Shown: one piece after another, positions 11,201-23,200 of the stretch
How positions within the stretch are numbered: the stretch's first letter is position 1
Layout: every line of letters begins with the position of its first letter
Assembly (NCBI RefSeq): GCF_035084215.1
Contig: NC_090342.1
Coordinates: 45,694,001-45,758,000 of the forward strand
Length of the DNA: 64,000 bases
Origin: Heptranchias perlo
Lineage: Eukaryota
Direction of reading: 5' to 3'
Position numbers and translations under genes: made by a program
Notes under the pieces: generated by a model
What the model was told of the DNA's origin: nothing
The model's input: only the letters and a program-made list of their open reading frames with translations
Databases searched by the model: none

Positions 11201-14200
11201 TTTTTCAGGGAAATTACTTTAGAAAATGTATAAGGGTTCATGTTTTATCTTGTGCTTTGGTTATAACCTCAAACAAATAAATTAATTGGTTTTGCTGAAT
11301 TGGCACTTCGTGGCAGCTGCCGTGTTATCGTGTTATATTCTTGATCCCATGTATCTGTTGCAGAAATAAAATGACATTTGACATTTCGGAAGAAAAGCCA
11401 CCAAATTCAGTAATTGGAAAGGTTACAGCCTACGATGCCGATGACAATGGTACATCAAGCAGCTTGATTTACGTTATGAATACTGCAAACCGGTTCTTCA
11501 CCATTGACTCAGGTACGTGAAATACAAGCCAAAAACAACCTCCGCTGAAATATAACCAGAGCTTGTCATTTAAAATGTACCAACTATTTGGGGATTACAG
11601 CTGTGCACAGACACCAAACGCCTGACAGGAGGAATCCTACATTACAAAGCACAAAGTCTACACATGTTATTCACCAGCTAAAAGGCATGTGTAACTCTGA
11701 ATAAATACTTCCAACAATCTATTAATCGATCCCTGGATTTTCACTTCTTAGTCTGGTATTTTTTTGGTGCAATAAATACAATTGTATGTCTTCCATTTTG
11801 TGATTGAGAACGATATATTAGTGAAGGGGTTACAATGCTGTAACGAATGGGGAGCTTGGGATCTTCTGTAACTACATGAGACAGAAAAAGTATATCATAT
11901 TAAGGCTGAGATCGGTTTATAATCTTCAAATCACACTGAAGAATCTGTATTGATAACATTGGTACACATGCAAAACAAAGCAATTGTCACATGGTGATTC
12001 TACAATGCAAGATTAGTGTAATTAACAGGGTCCTGTGGCACAGAAAAGGCTTTTGCAATCCTTATGCATTACATAAATAACAGAAGAGTATTAGAAGACT
12101 TCAGTTGTTACTCACTCTTATCTGTTCCAGGGCTATGGGGAAAGAGGAGGGGAGTAGGATTAATTGGATAGCTCTTTCAAAGAGCTGACACAGGCACGTT
12201 GGGCCGAATGGCCCCTTCTCTGCTCTATTATTCGATTGCAGGTTACTAAATTAAATAGATTCTTTTAAAATGTTGATATAATTCCAAACATGCCACAACA
12301 GATTAGCAAAAATAACACTGGGCCGCGGGAAGAACTCAACATTCCCTTCTTTATTAACACTTGCCTTTCTTGTTCATTTTCGCCTCTCCTCTCTGGAGGG
12401 GTTGCCTCCTTGCTGGAGAGTGGTTCACAGATGGTAGTAGTCTTCCTGTAACCAACTGGCCCTTGTTCGTGTGTGAGTGATAGCAGGCTATTCTGACTCT
12501 GGAATGGTGGAGGGGGCAATGGAGTTACAGTCGAGTTGGATCCTTTCCTCACCTGACGCTACAATGGTTTCCAGCAGGGATCGGTCTTCTAAATTTTAAC
12601 AATACTCTATTCCCAAAAATATTTAGAAGTGTTTAAAGCGAAATATTATTCTAAGTGCAGTGTGGTGGTTTTCTACTGCAGTTACAGGTGAGCTGATTGT
12701 ATCAGCAATAATTGACAGAGATAACAGACCTTTCAGGGATGTTCCAACTCAAGAGTTTGAAGTCGCTGCTAAAGACAGCCCTTCTGGAGGGCATACGGCC
12801 TGGGTTACAGTGAAAATCATCATAAGAGACGTCAACGATAACCAGCCCTTCTGTTTCCCACATACACACAGGTACCTTGTGAATTAATTCTTTTGTTGCT
12901 GCAAATGTTGGTAAAGGATTCAGTTAGGTGATAGTAGATCCCATTGCACAATGAGAAACTGGCCATTTACGTTGGAGATTTGTTCTGTGTGCTATGTGTG
13001 GCATATCTGGAGACATACAAAAAAAGCTATTTTATGATTTTGCTACACATTATACACAGGAAATCTTTATGATCTGCTAACCAAATTACAAGGGTGCAAA
13101 AAATTGATGTCTGCAAAACATAGATGCCCTGCTACAGCGAATTCTGGCCCTAACAGCACCTGCTGTTAGTTAGACTTGCCCCTACACCCTTCAGCTCAAA
13201 AATGCGTTGCCCACAAAGTTGCTGAAAGCGCGAGCTGGTAACAGCACAGCGAGAGTAAAAGGGCATCAGGTGCCTGAGTGAACAGGGCATCACCTTAACC
13301 AGTGAGATTTAAGGATTGGGAAATAAACACAGGAAGGACAGAAGGAGGCTGAATTCAATATCAAATCAAATAGAGAAAAAGAAATAAAGAGGGGGAAAGA
13401 AGGTTGGATTAGGAGAGAAAGAGACAGAAAAGAACATTTTTTTAAAAAAAAAATGACATTTTTAAAATCTCCCCGAAAAATTCAAAACCTGAAGGAATGA
13501 GACTCCACACTTGTAAGAATTAATTTTTGATGCTAGGAGGGGTTAATTGGCAGTCATTAACACTTACCACATCGATAAAAGGGTACTTATGCTTGTAATG
13601 ATAAGACTTAACTTTCTGTGGCAAGTTTAGTGGGCAATTAATAGGCAAATACAGCAAGTTCCTAAAAAGAAACAGGAGGGCCAAGGACGAGATATCATTT
13701 TTGCAAAGCTAACAGCGGAGTGGCGCAACTCGGACAGCAACTATTGGATATTCACATTTAACCGTGCATCTGCTCTAGGCCTGAAGTTGCTGTACCATTT
13801 ACCCATAAATAACGGAGAACGCCATTAGCCCTTGCCGTTATTGTGACAGAAAATTCTGGCCCATACTCTAAACAGCCTAGACTGCCCACGATTCCCTCAA
13901 GCATAATCTCCCGGTTTCTGTTGTTGCATAGAGCAAAATACAAGCAATTCTCCACAAGGAGAGAGTGAAACTCTGCAGGGAAGAGATGTGCCAGCCCACA
14001 ATGTTTCCCAGTGGCTAGATAAAGAACAACATTGGTGGAAGCCTGTGACTGGATCACCTGCCAACCTGGCATATGATGTGTGGCACAGGGACATCAAAAA
14101 AAGTGAAAAACACACACACCCTTCAAATTTAAATGCATACAAAGTACTTTTCAAAAATACCATAGTACATTGAGCTAGTATCATACCATGGGCACACTAG

Positions 14201-17200
14201 CAATGTGGATGCACATTGGGCAAGTCACCCAGATTATTGGACGCTCAGGCTTGTTCTGTGCCTCTTAGCGTGGCATCATGTGTTGTTGAGGACCTGTGCA
14301 CCTTCTGTGCGCTAGGCTCATGAAGGCCACAGATATTATTCAAATAAAACCACACAATGCCCTCAGCATCTGAACAATGCTCCAATCGCTTAGTGCCCAT
14401 ATAAAATGGGCATTGGCTGATGGCCTGTTCAGCTACATTGGGTCCTCAAAAAGGGACAGCAATGCCAACTTATGTGCTGCCCTTTTAGGTTTTGCCACTG
14501 AAGTTCATTGAAGTTGCACCCTATCTCCCATCTCTGAATGGCTGGCAATGAAACCCTAATTATCCAGAGCCTCAATAGCATCCATGGGTATCCAACCTGG
14601 CATAACAATCCGTCTGCTGGTCCTGGAGGAAGAGGTGGTGGCGATGGAGGTAGCAAGCAAGGCAGATGCATTCACATCCTAAGTGCTCAAGAAGTAGTAT
14701 CCTTACTCTGCCGCCCCAAATACTAGCCAAGCCAATTGTACCTGGACATTTCCAAGGGAATCTGCATGCGGAGACCATGATTCAGAAGGGAAGCACTTAC
14801 AGAACTTTGTACTCACCTGGAGCCAGACTTTGACTCTATTTGAATGAGAGCTAGCTCTGTTAGTGGCTGTCCAGGTGGCAGTTGGGTTGCATTTTTTGCC
14901 ACTCATTCTTTCCACGTAACAGGAGAATATCAGTTAAGTCTCACAGCCAGCAGTGAAAGGCATTAATGATTGCATGCATGTAGCCATATGGGCCTTATGG
15001 GATAAAGAACGTTTCCATTTCATGAACATGCAGCTGGTCTGTGACCATTGGTACAGAATCATGTACATTAATGCCCACTAATCTGACAGCTATCATGACT
15101 CTTATTTTATGACAATCAACGGCGCTACCATTATTTCAAAGGTCTAGGAGTCCAAAGCTATCCTCTGACCTTTTAAGGCACCCATAGACAAGACCTGAAA
15201 AGAGACATAGTGAGGTACATGGTGGAGCAGAGCATCAGGATGTTAAAGCAAAGGTTCCAAAGTTTTGGCCGATCAGTGGGCTGGGGAGTCTTGCAATGCA
15301 GCCCAATAAAGACATCCAAGATTATCAGCCATTTATACCTTCCACAATTTCATCCTGCAAAGGGACATTTCCATGAAACGAGTAGAAAAGGTGAGCCAGT
15401 GGCAGAAGAGGATGTTGAGATGTTTGTAGAGTCAAGATAAAAACTTTTAAGGCAGACTTTAACAGATAATAACCTTAATTAAGGGCTGCATTATCCAAAA
15501 AACAACAGTCATTGCATATGTGTCCAATACACTGTCAGGATCATGAAAAGCAATGCATTTCTCCACACCTACCTTATTTTGCCTCAAATCGAACTAAGGT
15601 GTTGATTTTAAACCCTAAGAATGGGTGGGTTGGGGGCGGGTGGAAGTTGGAAATATTAGTTTTTTGGGCCGCGACCGCAACCCGGCTTTATTTCCGGGTT
15701 TAAATGTACAGGCTTCCCACTGGGAATGCAAAGTCTGAAAATGTTGCAGTCGCGACCCAAAAAAACAACTATTTTCAACTCCCACCCGCCCCCAACCGAC
15801 CGGTTCTTGGGGTTTAAAATCACCCCCTAAATGATGCAACACATTAATAATATGTGTTAATAGATACTTTAATCAGTATAGTGTATTTTATATAACAGAA
15901 AATGCTGGAAATACTCAGCAAGTCAGGCAGCATCAGTGGAGAAAGAAAGAGTTAACATTTCAGGTCGATGACCTTTCATTAGAATACGTCTATTTTATCT
16001 TGCTGCTTCCTCATTGTGGAAGCGGAGGGTACATGTCTTCTACTTTCTAACCACTCGCTTCTTCAAAGTTTTTGCCAGTGGGAGCAGGAAGTAAGATGGA
16101 TGTCTGCTGGGTGTTGGTCTTTACCTCTAGGGGTGGCAGTGGCCCAGTACCTTTTTGTGCTGGGTCAGTCGAATACTTTAGGCACCATGGGTACTTTTGT
16201 CTTTACTGTCCATGAGCTATCTGACACATCTGGAGTCATTGGAGCAGGGTGGTTTTGTGGTATAGATGTGACATCATCCCGAGAGACATTATTATCTTGC
16301 AAGCTCCAGTATTTTGTTGCTGCTGGGAAGTCCCTCAGCATGTCCAGAGAGTAGTTGCTGTGTAACCGTGAGGTTGTTGAAGCCCTGTGTTACGGCTGTC
16401 TAACTCTGATTCCCCAACATGGTCAAGGTTGGAGTCCAATGTTTCTGTAACTCCAGTCAAGGCATTCATAGTGTTTTTAGTGATGTTGGTTGAGGGATAA
16501 ATAATAGCTAGGACACCGGGGAGAATTCACTAGCTCTTCTTTGAATAGCATCGTGGGATCTTTTACGTCCACCTCAAAGATGGCACCTCTGACAGTGCAG
16601 CACTCCCTCAATACTTCACTAAAGTGTCAGCCTAGATTATGTGCTCAACTCTCTCGCGTGGGACTTGAACCCACAACCTTCTGACTCAGAGATGAGAGTG
16701 CTACCTCTGAGCCAAGGCCGACACCTTGAGTAGGTAAGATCAAGAATAAAAAGTAAATAATGGTACTAATGTGAGGTTCGGAGGCCTTCTACCTCCACTA
16801 CTCTCACTATTGTCTACAGGTCCAGAATCTGGAGTCTCCTCTCCTCATAAGCAGCCAGAAATCTTAAGTGTGCAGGATCCCTTCATTTCACATTTGCTGG
16901 CACCTGTTATATGCACTTCCCTTTTACAAGAGGATTTTTAAAAAAGAGAAATAAAAGCAGAAAATACTAGAAGTATATAGCACATTCGTAATGGGAAAAG
17001 ACAGGTTATGAGATTATAATATGTGTATCCTTCATCAGAATCGATGTAGGCTCCTTACTAGTAAAGTCATACCCAGTCTTTTCTCTTCTCACATGCTGAC
17101 TGACCCCCTGCGTATTTCCAACAGTTTCAGTTTTTATTTCAAATTTGCAGCTTTTCCTTGTTCTTAGATAGAAAAGGGACAGATGTTAGTGTAAGGAATA

Positions 17201-20200
17201 TAAGAGCAGGTGTGTCTGTCACTCAAGTTGCACAACCCACCAGCCACCTTATGAGAGTCTATGAACATGCAACATGCCAGCAGCTTGCCTCATGTCTGTA
17301 GCTTGCAAGATTTAACAGGCAGCAGTGCAGGTGTATTTGTATGGCAGCAATACAGAGTATCCTGCAAAAACACTGGCATGCCTGTGCATTTGGAAAGCAG
17401 ATGAACAGTTGCCAGATTCGAGTTTACGATTCCTATGTGATGCTGCGGCAACCTAACAGGGTAGCACTGCTGGCATGCATTGTAAGGTAATATTGTAAAT
17501 CAGGCAAATACGAGCACACTTACCTTGGCAATCTTTCAGAGGTCTGAAAATTTCTTCAAGTGATCCCACAATGGAGCATATTGGAGGCTACATTCACCCT
17601 TTCTGTAACCTCCATCCAGGCTGAACTGATGTGATTTGAGAAGGTCCCTCCACTCCAAATAGTAACACTCCTCTGCAGGAGGACCACCTGCAGCAGAACC
17701 TCCAAGACTACATCTTCAAAAAAAGCACTGCTCCTTTGGTGGAGCCATTTCTCCATCTTCAATAGCAGGACAGCTTAAAAGTCTACTACAACAATAACAG
17801 CAGTTTGCATTTACATAGCGCCTTTAACATAGTAAAATGTCCCAAGGCGTTTCACAGGAGCGATTATGAAACAAAATTTGACACCGAGCCACATAAGATA
17901 TTAGGGCAGGTGACGGAGGTAGTTTTTAAGAAGTGTATTAAAGGGGGGAGGGGGGCATGAGAGATTTAGGGAGGGAATTCCAGAGCTTAGGGCCTAGAAG
18001 GCTAAAGGCACGGTTGCCAATAGATGGGTGAAGGAAATCAGGCATGCTAAAGAGGCCAGAATTGGAGTTCTTGAAGGTTTGTAGGGCTGGAGGAGGTTAC
18101 TGAGGTGGGGAGGGGTGAGTCCATGGAGGGATTTGAAGGATTAGAATGTTAAGTTTGAGGCATTGCTGGACCAGGAGCCAATGTAGGTCAGCAAGCACAG
18201 GGGTGATGGATGATTGGGACTTGGTGCGAGCCAAGATTAGGGCAAGGGCCCTTTTACAGCTACTGACTTCGGATAGCCCACGTCTTTACTCTGAGCGCAC
18301 CATTGGATGTGTGCCAGGAACACTGCTAAATTATGTTAACTTGCTGAACTCACTTTCTAGTGGGATGTCAGCTAAAAGCGCTGTAGGAACATAAAGGACT
18401 GAAAGAGCAGCAGTCTCACCAACCGCACTATGGGACCTCATTATTGGCCCCCCATCAAGAGACACGGCAGGCTGTCAGTTCTTTCCAAGATCATGACTGC
18501 AGCTCCATAAAAGTTGCCAGAACTGTTGTTAGACTCTCAAATATATGCCATAACTGAAAGGTCTGCTACACCAGCACCTCAACTTTCAATATTAATCCAA
18601 ACATCGAACCAAAAGGCCATCAGCGAAATTTCACATCTCGGCCTTTGAATTCTGTCCCAGACAGTATTTTTGCCTGGAATTCCATTCTCTTATATGCAGA
18701 GTTAACCATTACTTGTGAACTGGAACATGCAATATGCTATGGAAAATCTGATGGCCCTTGTACTCCAGTACAATCTCTGCAAGTGTTTTTGCAAGTTCCT
18801 TTGATCGCTCGGGTCCATTTTGTGAAATGCCTGTCCATGTTCGTTTGTGTCTGGCTGCGCCTCGTTTTTAATGCCATCCACTATACAAAAACTATTATTC
18901 AAGGTTAGTAATATCAGAGATAAGATATAAATCAAGGAAATTCATAAGGATCTTAAAATTAGAATTTCTGAAAACGACAACTGCTCATTTTGTCCTTTGT
19001 TTAGTATTCAGGTACCAGAAACAATTGAAAAGGGTACAACGATTGTTACCATATCCTGCAAAGACAATGATGTGGATCTTGCAAACAGCCAGTTCACTAT
19101 CTCACTTCAACCTGGTCTCAAAACTGGTGTAAGATTTGCTTTGGATGGGAAGAATAATAGTACTATTGTGGTATGAGAGTTTCACTTTTCAGCATTCATA
19201 CTAAATAAATTCCAAATCAGCCATTCTATCAAGTTAGTAAATAATGACTTTATAGGAAAAATGATCCTTCAAAAAAAAACCAGATCTATTTCTGTGACAA
19301 CCCAGCAAAGCTTGCCTGATGGCTCACTGGTAAAGGCACCGCATGGTGTGTTACTGATCCACGGTCCGCGGGAAAGGTATATTCTGCCTTAGTGAGTTTC
19401 AACCAAGACAGAGGTAGGAGCACTACATTTGGCATCAGTGTCCACCGACTTGGGGAAGGGCGGTGGGGGGAGGGGTGAAAATCAGCTGGAGTTCCTGCTC
19501 CTGATCACTGTTTCAGCAGAGAATATGAATGGATGCATTTCAGGACATGGAGGTAGATCTTGACTTTGTGCGATAATGTAAAACAGGTGATAGCGAGTCG
19601 GCAGCCCATTTTACACCTCTCCCCATTATTTCCATTGACTTCACTTTTACACTTCATACAAAGTCAAGATCTACCACACGAGGTGAAGATCTGATTGGAT
19701 TTGGTTATTATGACCCCCCCCCCCATTGTCTTGGCTCTCACGTGCCACCTGGGCAAGGTACCATGGGGGTGCAGGCACCTGTGCAACCATACCCCAGCAA
19801 AGAGGAATCGAGGGAGAAAAAAAACCAACAAAAAACTAAAATAGCTTTAAGCATATCTTTTGTTTTCGACAAGTGAAGTTGAAAAGAAAGAAAGAATAAT
19901 CGGATGGGCAGGTTGAAAGGTCAAGTGGTTTTCTCTCGGGATAGATTATCTTCTTACTACAATGAAGGGTATGGTTTGTTTTTTAAAAACACACTATAAT
20001 AATCAGTTTATTACCTCAATGAAAAAGTTGTGCGTAGGATCAGTTCCTGGAACAACCAAGACTAAAAACACCACTGCCGCACTGCAGTGCTGACATCCAC
20101 TGTAACAACACACTGCAACACGAGCCCACCCTATTTAATATTCTAATTAAAAAAAAAGTGAAGAAACATATTGAACAAAATCATACGCTTAAACTAAAAG

Positions 20201-23200
20201 CCTCCTTCTCCCTCTTCAAGTGTTGCAAGAGGACATACTCAAGAAGTAGGTGGGTCCATTACATACTATGGTTGTAAGAACCCTCGTTCAATGCTGTGGG
20301 AGTGAACTGCTCCAATCAACTCTGCTCCAGTATGGAACAAATCATCTTGTTAATGGTGGCACATTTTCCTTTCGAGAGAAAGTAGCTTTTTACCAGGACA
20401 TTCTTTCTGCAGCCCAAGAGATCCATTAGTTTATGGGAACAGTTCAAACTCCCACCAATGCCCGAGACATATTCCACTTTTTCAAAGCTATGTGTGTTTG
20501 TCTTTATAAGGGAAAGCACTGCTGAGAAGAGAATAGAACCTGATCCCATCTGACAGCACACTGCCCCCCAACAAAGGTATCCTGGAAAAGAACCCCTTGG
20601 TTATACCTTCAGAATGGTGGCCTTTGGCCATTCAGTCCCTTGAGCCTGTTCCACCATTCAGTTAGATCATGGCTGATCTGTACCTCAACTCTATTTACCC
20701 GCCTTTGCTCCATATCTCTTGATACCCTTACTTCACAAAAATATATCGATCCCTGTCTTGCAAATTTCAATTGATCCGGTATCCAAAGCCTTTTGAGTTC
20801 CAGAAAAAACTGTTCCCCAATTTCACTCCCAAATGGCCTAGCTCTAATTTTAAAATTATGCCCCTGGTTCTAGATTCCCCCACCAGTGAAATAGTTTCTC
20901 TGTAGCTACCCTATCGAATCCTTTTATCATTTAAACACCTCGATTAGATCAACCACCAACACACTATTCTGGAAATTGCCAAGCTGCAAGAATATATCTG
21001 CTTTCATATTTGGGAAGAGAAATGGCCAAAGGCCACATTCTGAAGGTATGACCAAGGGGTTCTTTTCCAGGATACTTTTATTGGGGGGGCAGTATGCTGT
21101 CAGATGGGATCGGGTTCTATTTTCTTCCCAGCATTGCTTTCCCTTATAAAGACAAACATACATAGCTTTGAAAAGGTGGAATAGACCTTGTGCAACATTT
21201 AAAATTTTATTACACCTGGTTCTGGATCCTGAAATGACAAAGCACTCCCTTGAAAATGTGAAACCTGACCCCAACCTGCTGCGAAAGCGTTTACTTCTGG
21301 TTTAACTGGGGCGGGTTGGAGGGCGGGCGAGTAACCTGCTCTCGAGAGGCGGATCAGTAATTTAAACATGTTAGTGAGACTGTGTGCCTCAGATTTTAGC
21401 AGCCGTTTAGATTTAACGGCTGCAGGCTGGGCTTCCCAGGACTCGGGGAACCTGGTAGCTGAAGGGGAGAGAGAACTGCCAGATCCAGCAGGTAAGTGCT
21501 TTTTATAGCACTGCTTGTGGGCCAGAAGGAGCAGGAATGCTTCCCCCCAGACCCCCCCCAAGCTAACCTGTCGTGCTATCCCCCCCCCCCCGATCCAACC
21601 TCCCTTGCTCCAATCCACCCCCCGCCCCGCCCGCCCCCCACAATTCGATCCAACCCCCACCGCGATCTCTATGCACCTCCCCTTAATCCAATATCCGATG
21701 CCGGCCCACGATCTCTCCCCCTACCCCACAATCTCTTTCTGCCCCCCCCTCATCTCTCCCTCCCCCCACCCCCCCGCATCTCTCCCTCCCTACTCTCCCA
21801 AGCCTTGTGCCGTAGGCCTACCCACCCAACAGCCAGCCAGTCAGTCTCTCAATCTGGCCAGCTGCTGGCCGGGAAACAGAGAAAAGAAAATTCAAATGAG
21901 GTCCTGCTGTTAAATTCGGCAGGACCTCCGCATTCCCCGGCCGCTACAAGTTGCGCTCCCTCCCCGCAAATATCGGGGCCGTTGTTTCTGCGGATTATTT
22001 GAATTTATCCCCTTCAAGCGCAGGCTGTGTCCTCTGGTTCTACTGTTCTGAACAAGGTGGAATAGTTTGCCATGGTTTACATTATCTCGTGCCTACTATC
22101 TGGTGCTGATCATTAGTTCCAATGTGGATATAAGTATTGACACAAAAATGTGACAAAAAATGACAGGACTCAAGGTTTTGTAAACAGGAAGTTCATGAAG
22201 ATAACATTTTTGAACAGTATGTACAGTATATCAAACTCAAAAATTCAAGCACAAGGCACTTCTATTTAGTTGTTCAGCTATTTCTTGGTGGTGCTGATGT
22301 CACCATTACAACTAAAGCACCCTTCTGTTCTGGTAGGTTATTGGAGACCTGGACTTTGAAGCTGTTACTACTCTTGATGATGACAATGTCTATGTGATGT
22401 CAGTAGTTGTCACTGATATTGCACCACCACATTACCAAGGTAAATGACTACCTTAAGGATTCAAAAAGGAACAAGTTTCATTTTCTGAGTTAAAAAAGGA
22501 CTTTGTTTTCTCTTTGAAGCCTTTAAATATTGAAATATTAATTTCACAGTTTAGGAAAGAAATTCCAGTAAGGTGAGTTTATTGAGTTTCAACAATTCTG
22601 TACACATCTACAATTCTGATTTACAGGGTTAGAAATTTTTTTGAAAAGTTATTTTTTATGTGGTGAGACTAGAGAAGCTGGGATTGTTCTCCTTAGAGTA
22701 GAGTAGAGAAGGAGAAGGGAAGATTTAATAGAGGGGTTTTGATAGAGTAAATAAGGAGAAACTATTTCCACTGGCAGGAGGGTTGGTAACTAGAGGACAC
22801 AAATTTAAGATAATTGGCAATAGAATCAGAGGGGAGATGAGGAGACATTTGTTTATGTAACGAGTTGATATGATCTGGAATGCATTGCCTGAAAGGGTGG
22901 TAGAAGCAGATTGACTTAAAATAAAACTGTAGAATGTGGTTAGAAATCAATTACTCATGTATGTTATCCTTTCAATTCATTTTTAAGAATTTTTTTTTCA
23001 AATTACCTTTTGGCTGGGAACTCATCTGATCGTGTTAGTGATTCATTCATTCAATATTATTGGTAGGGAAAAGAATTTTTAATTTTATATTTTAGGAACT
23101 AAAGAAAATATTTAGATTTAAGTGATTTCCAGCCAAGTCTTTTTGGTTTCTTTTAATGTTGGTTTTCTAGGTATATTATTATTAGAAGCAAACATTACAG

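Noticed and set aside
21496-22002. Pro-rich 168-aa ORF and overlapping ORFs
   Set aside because: These come from the C-rich low-complexity interior of a repeat.
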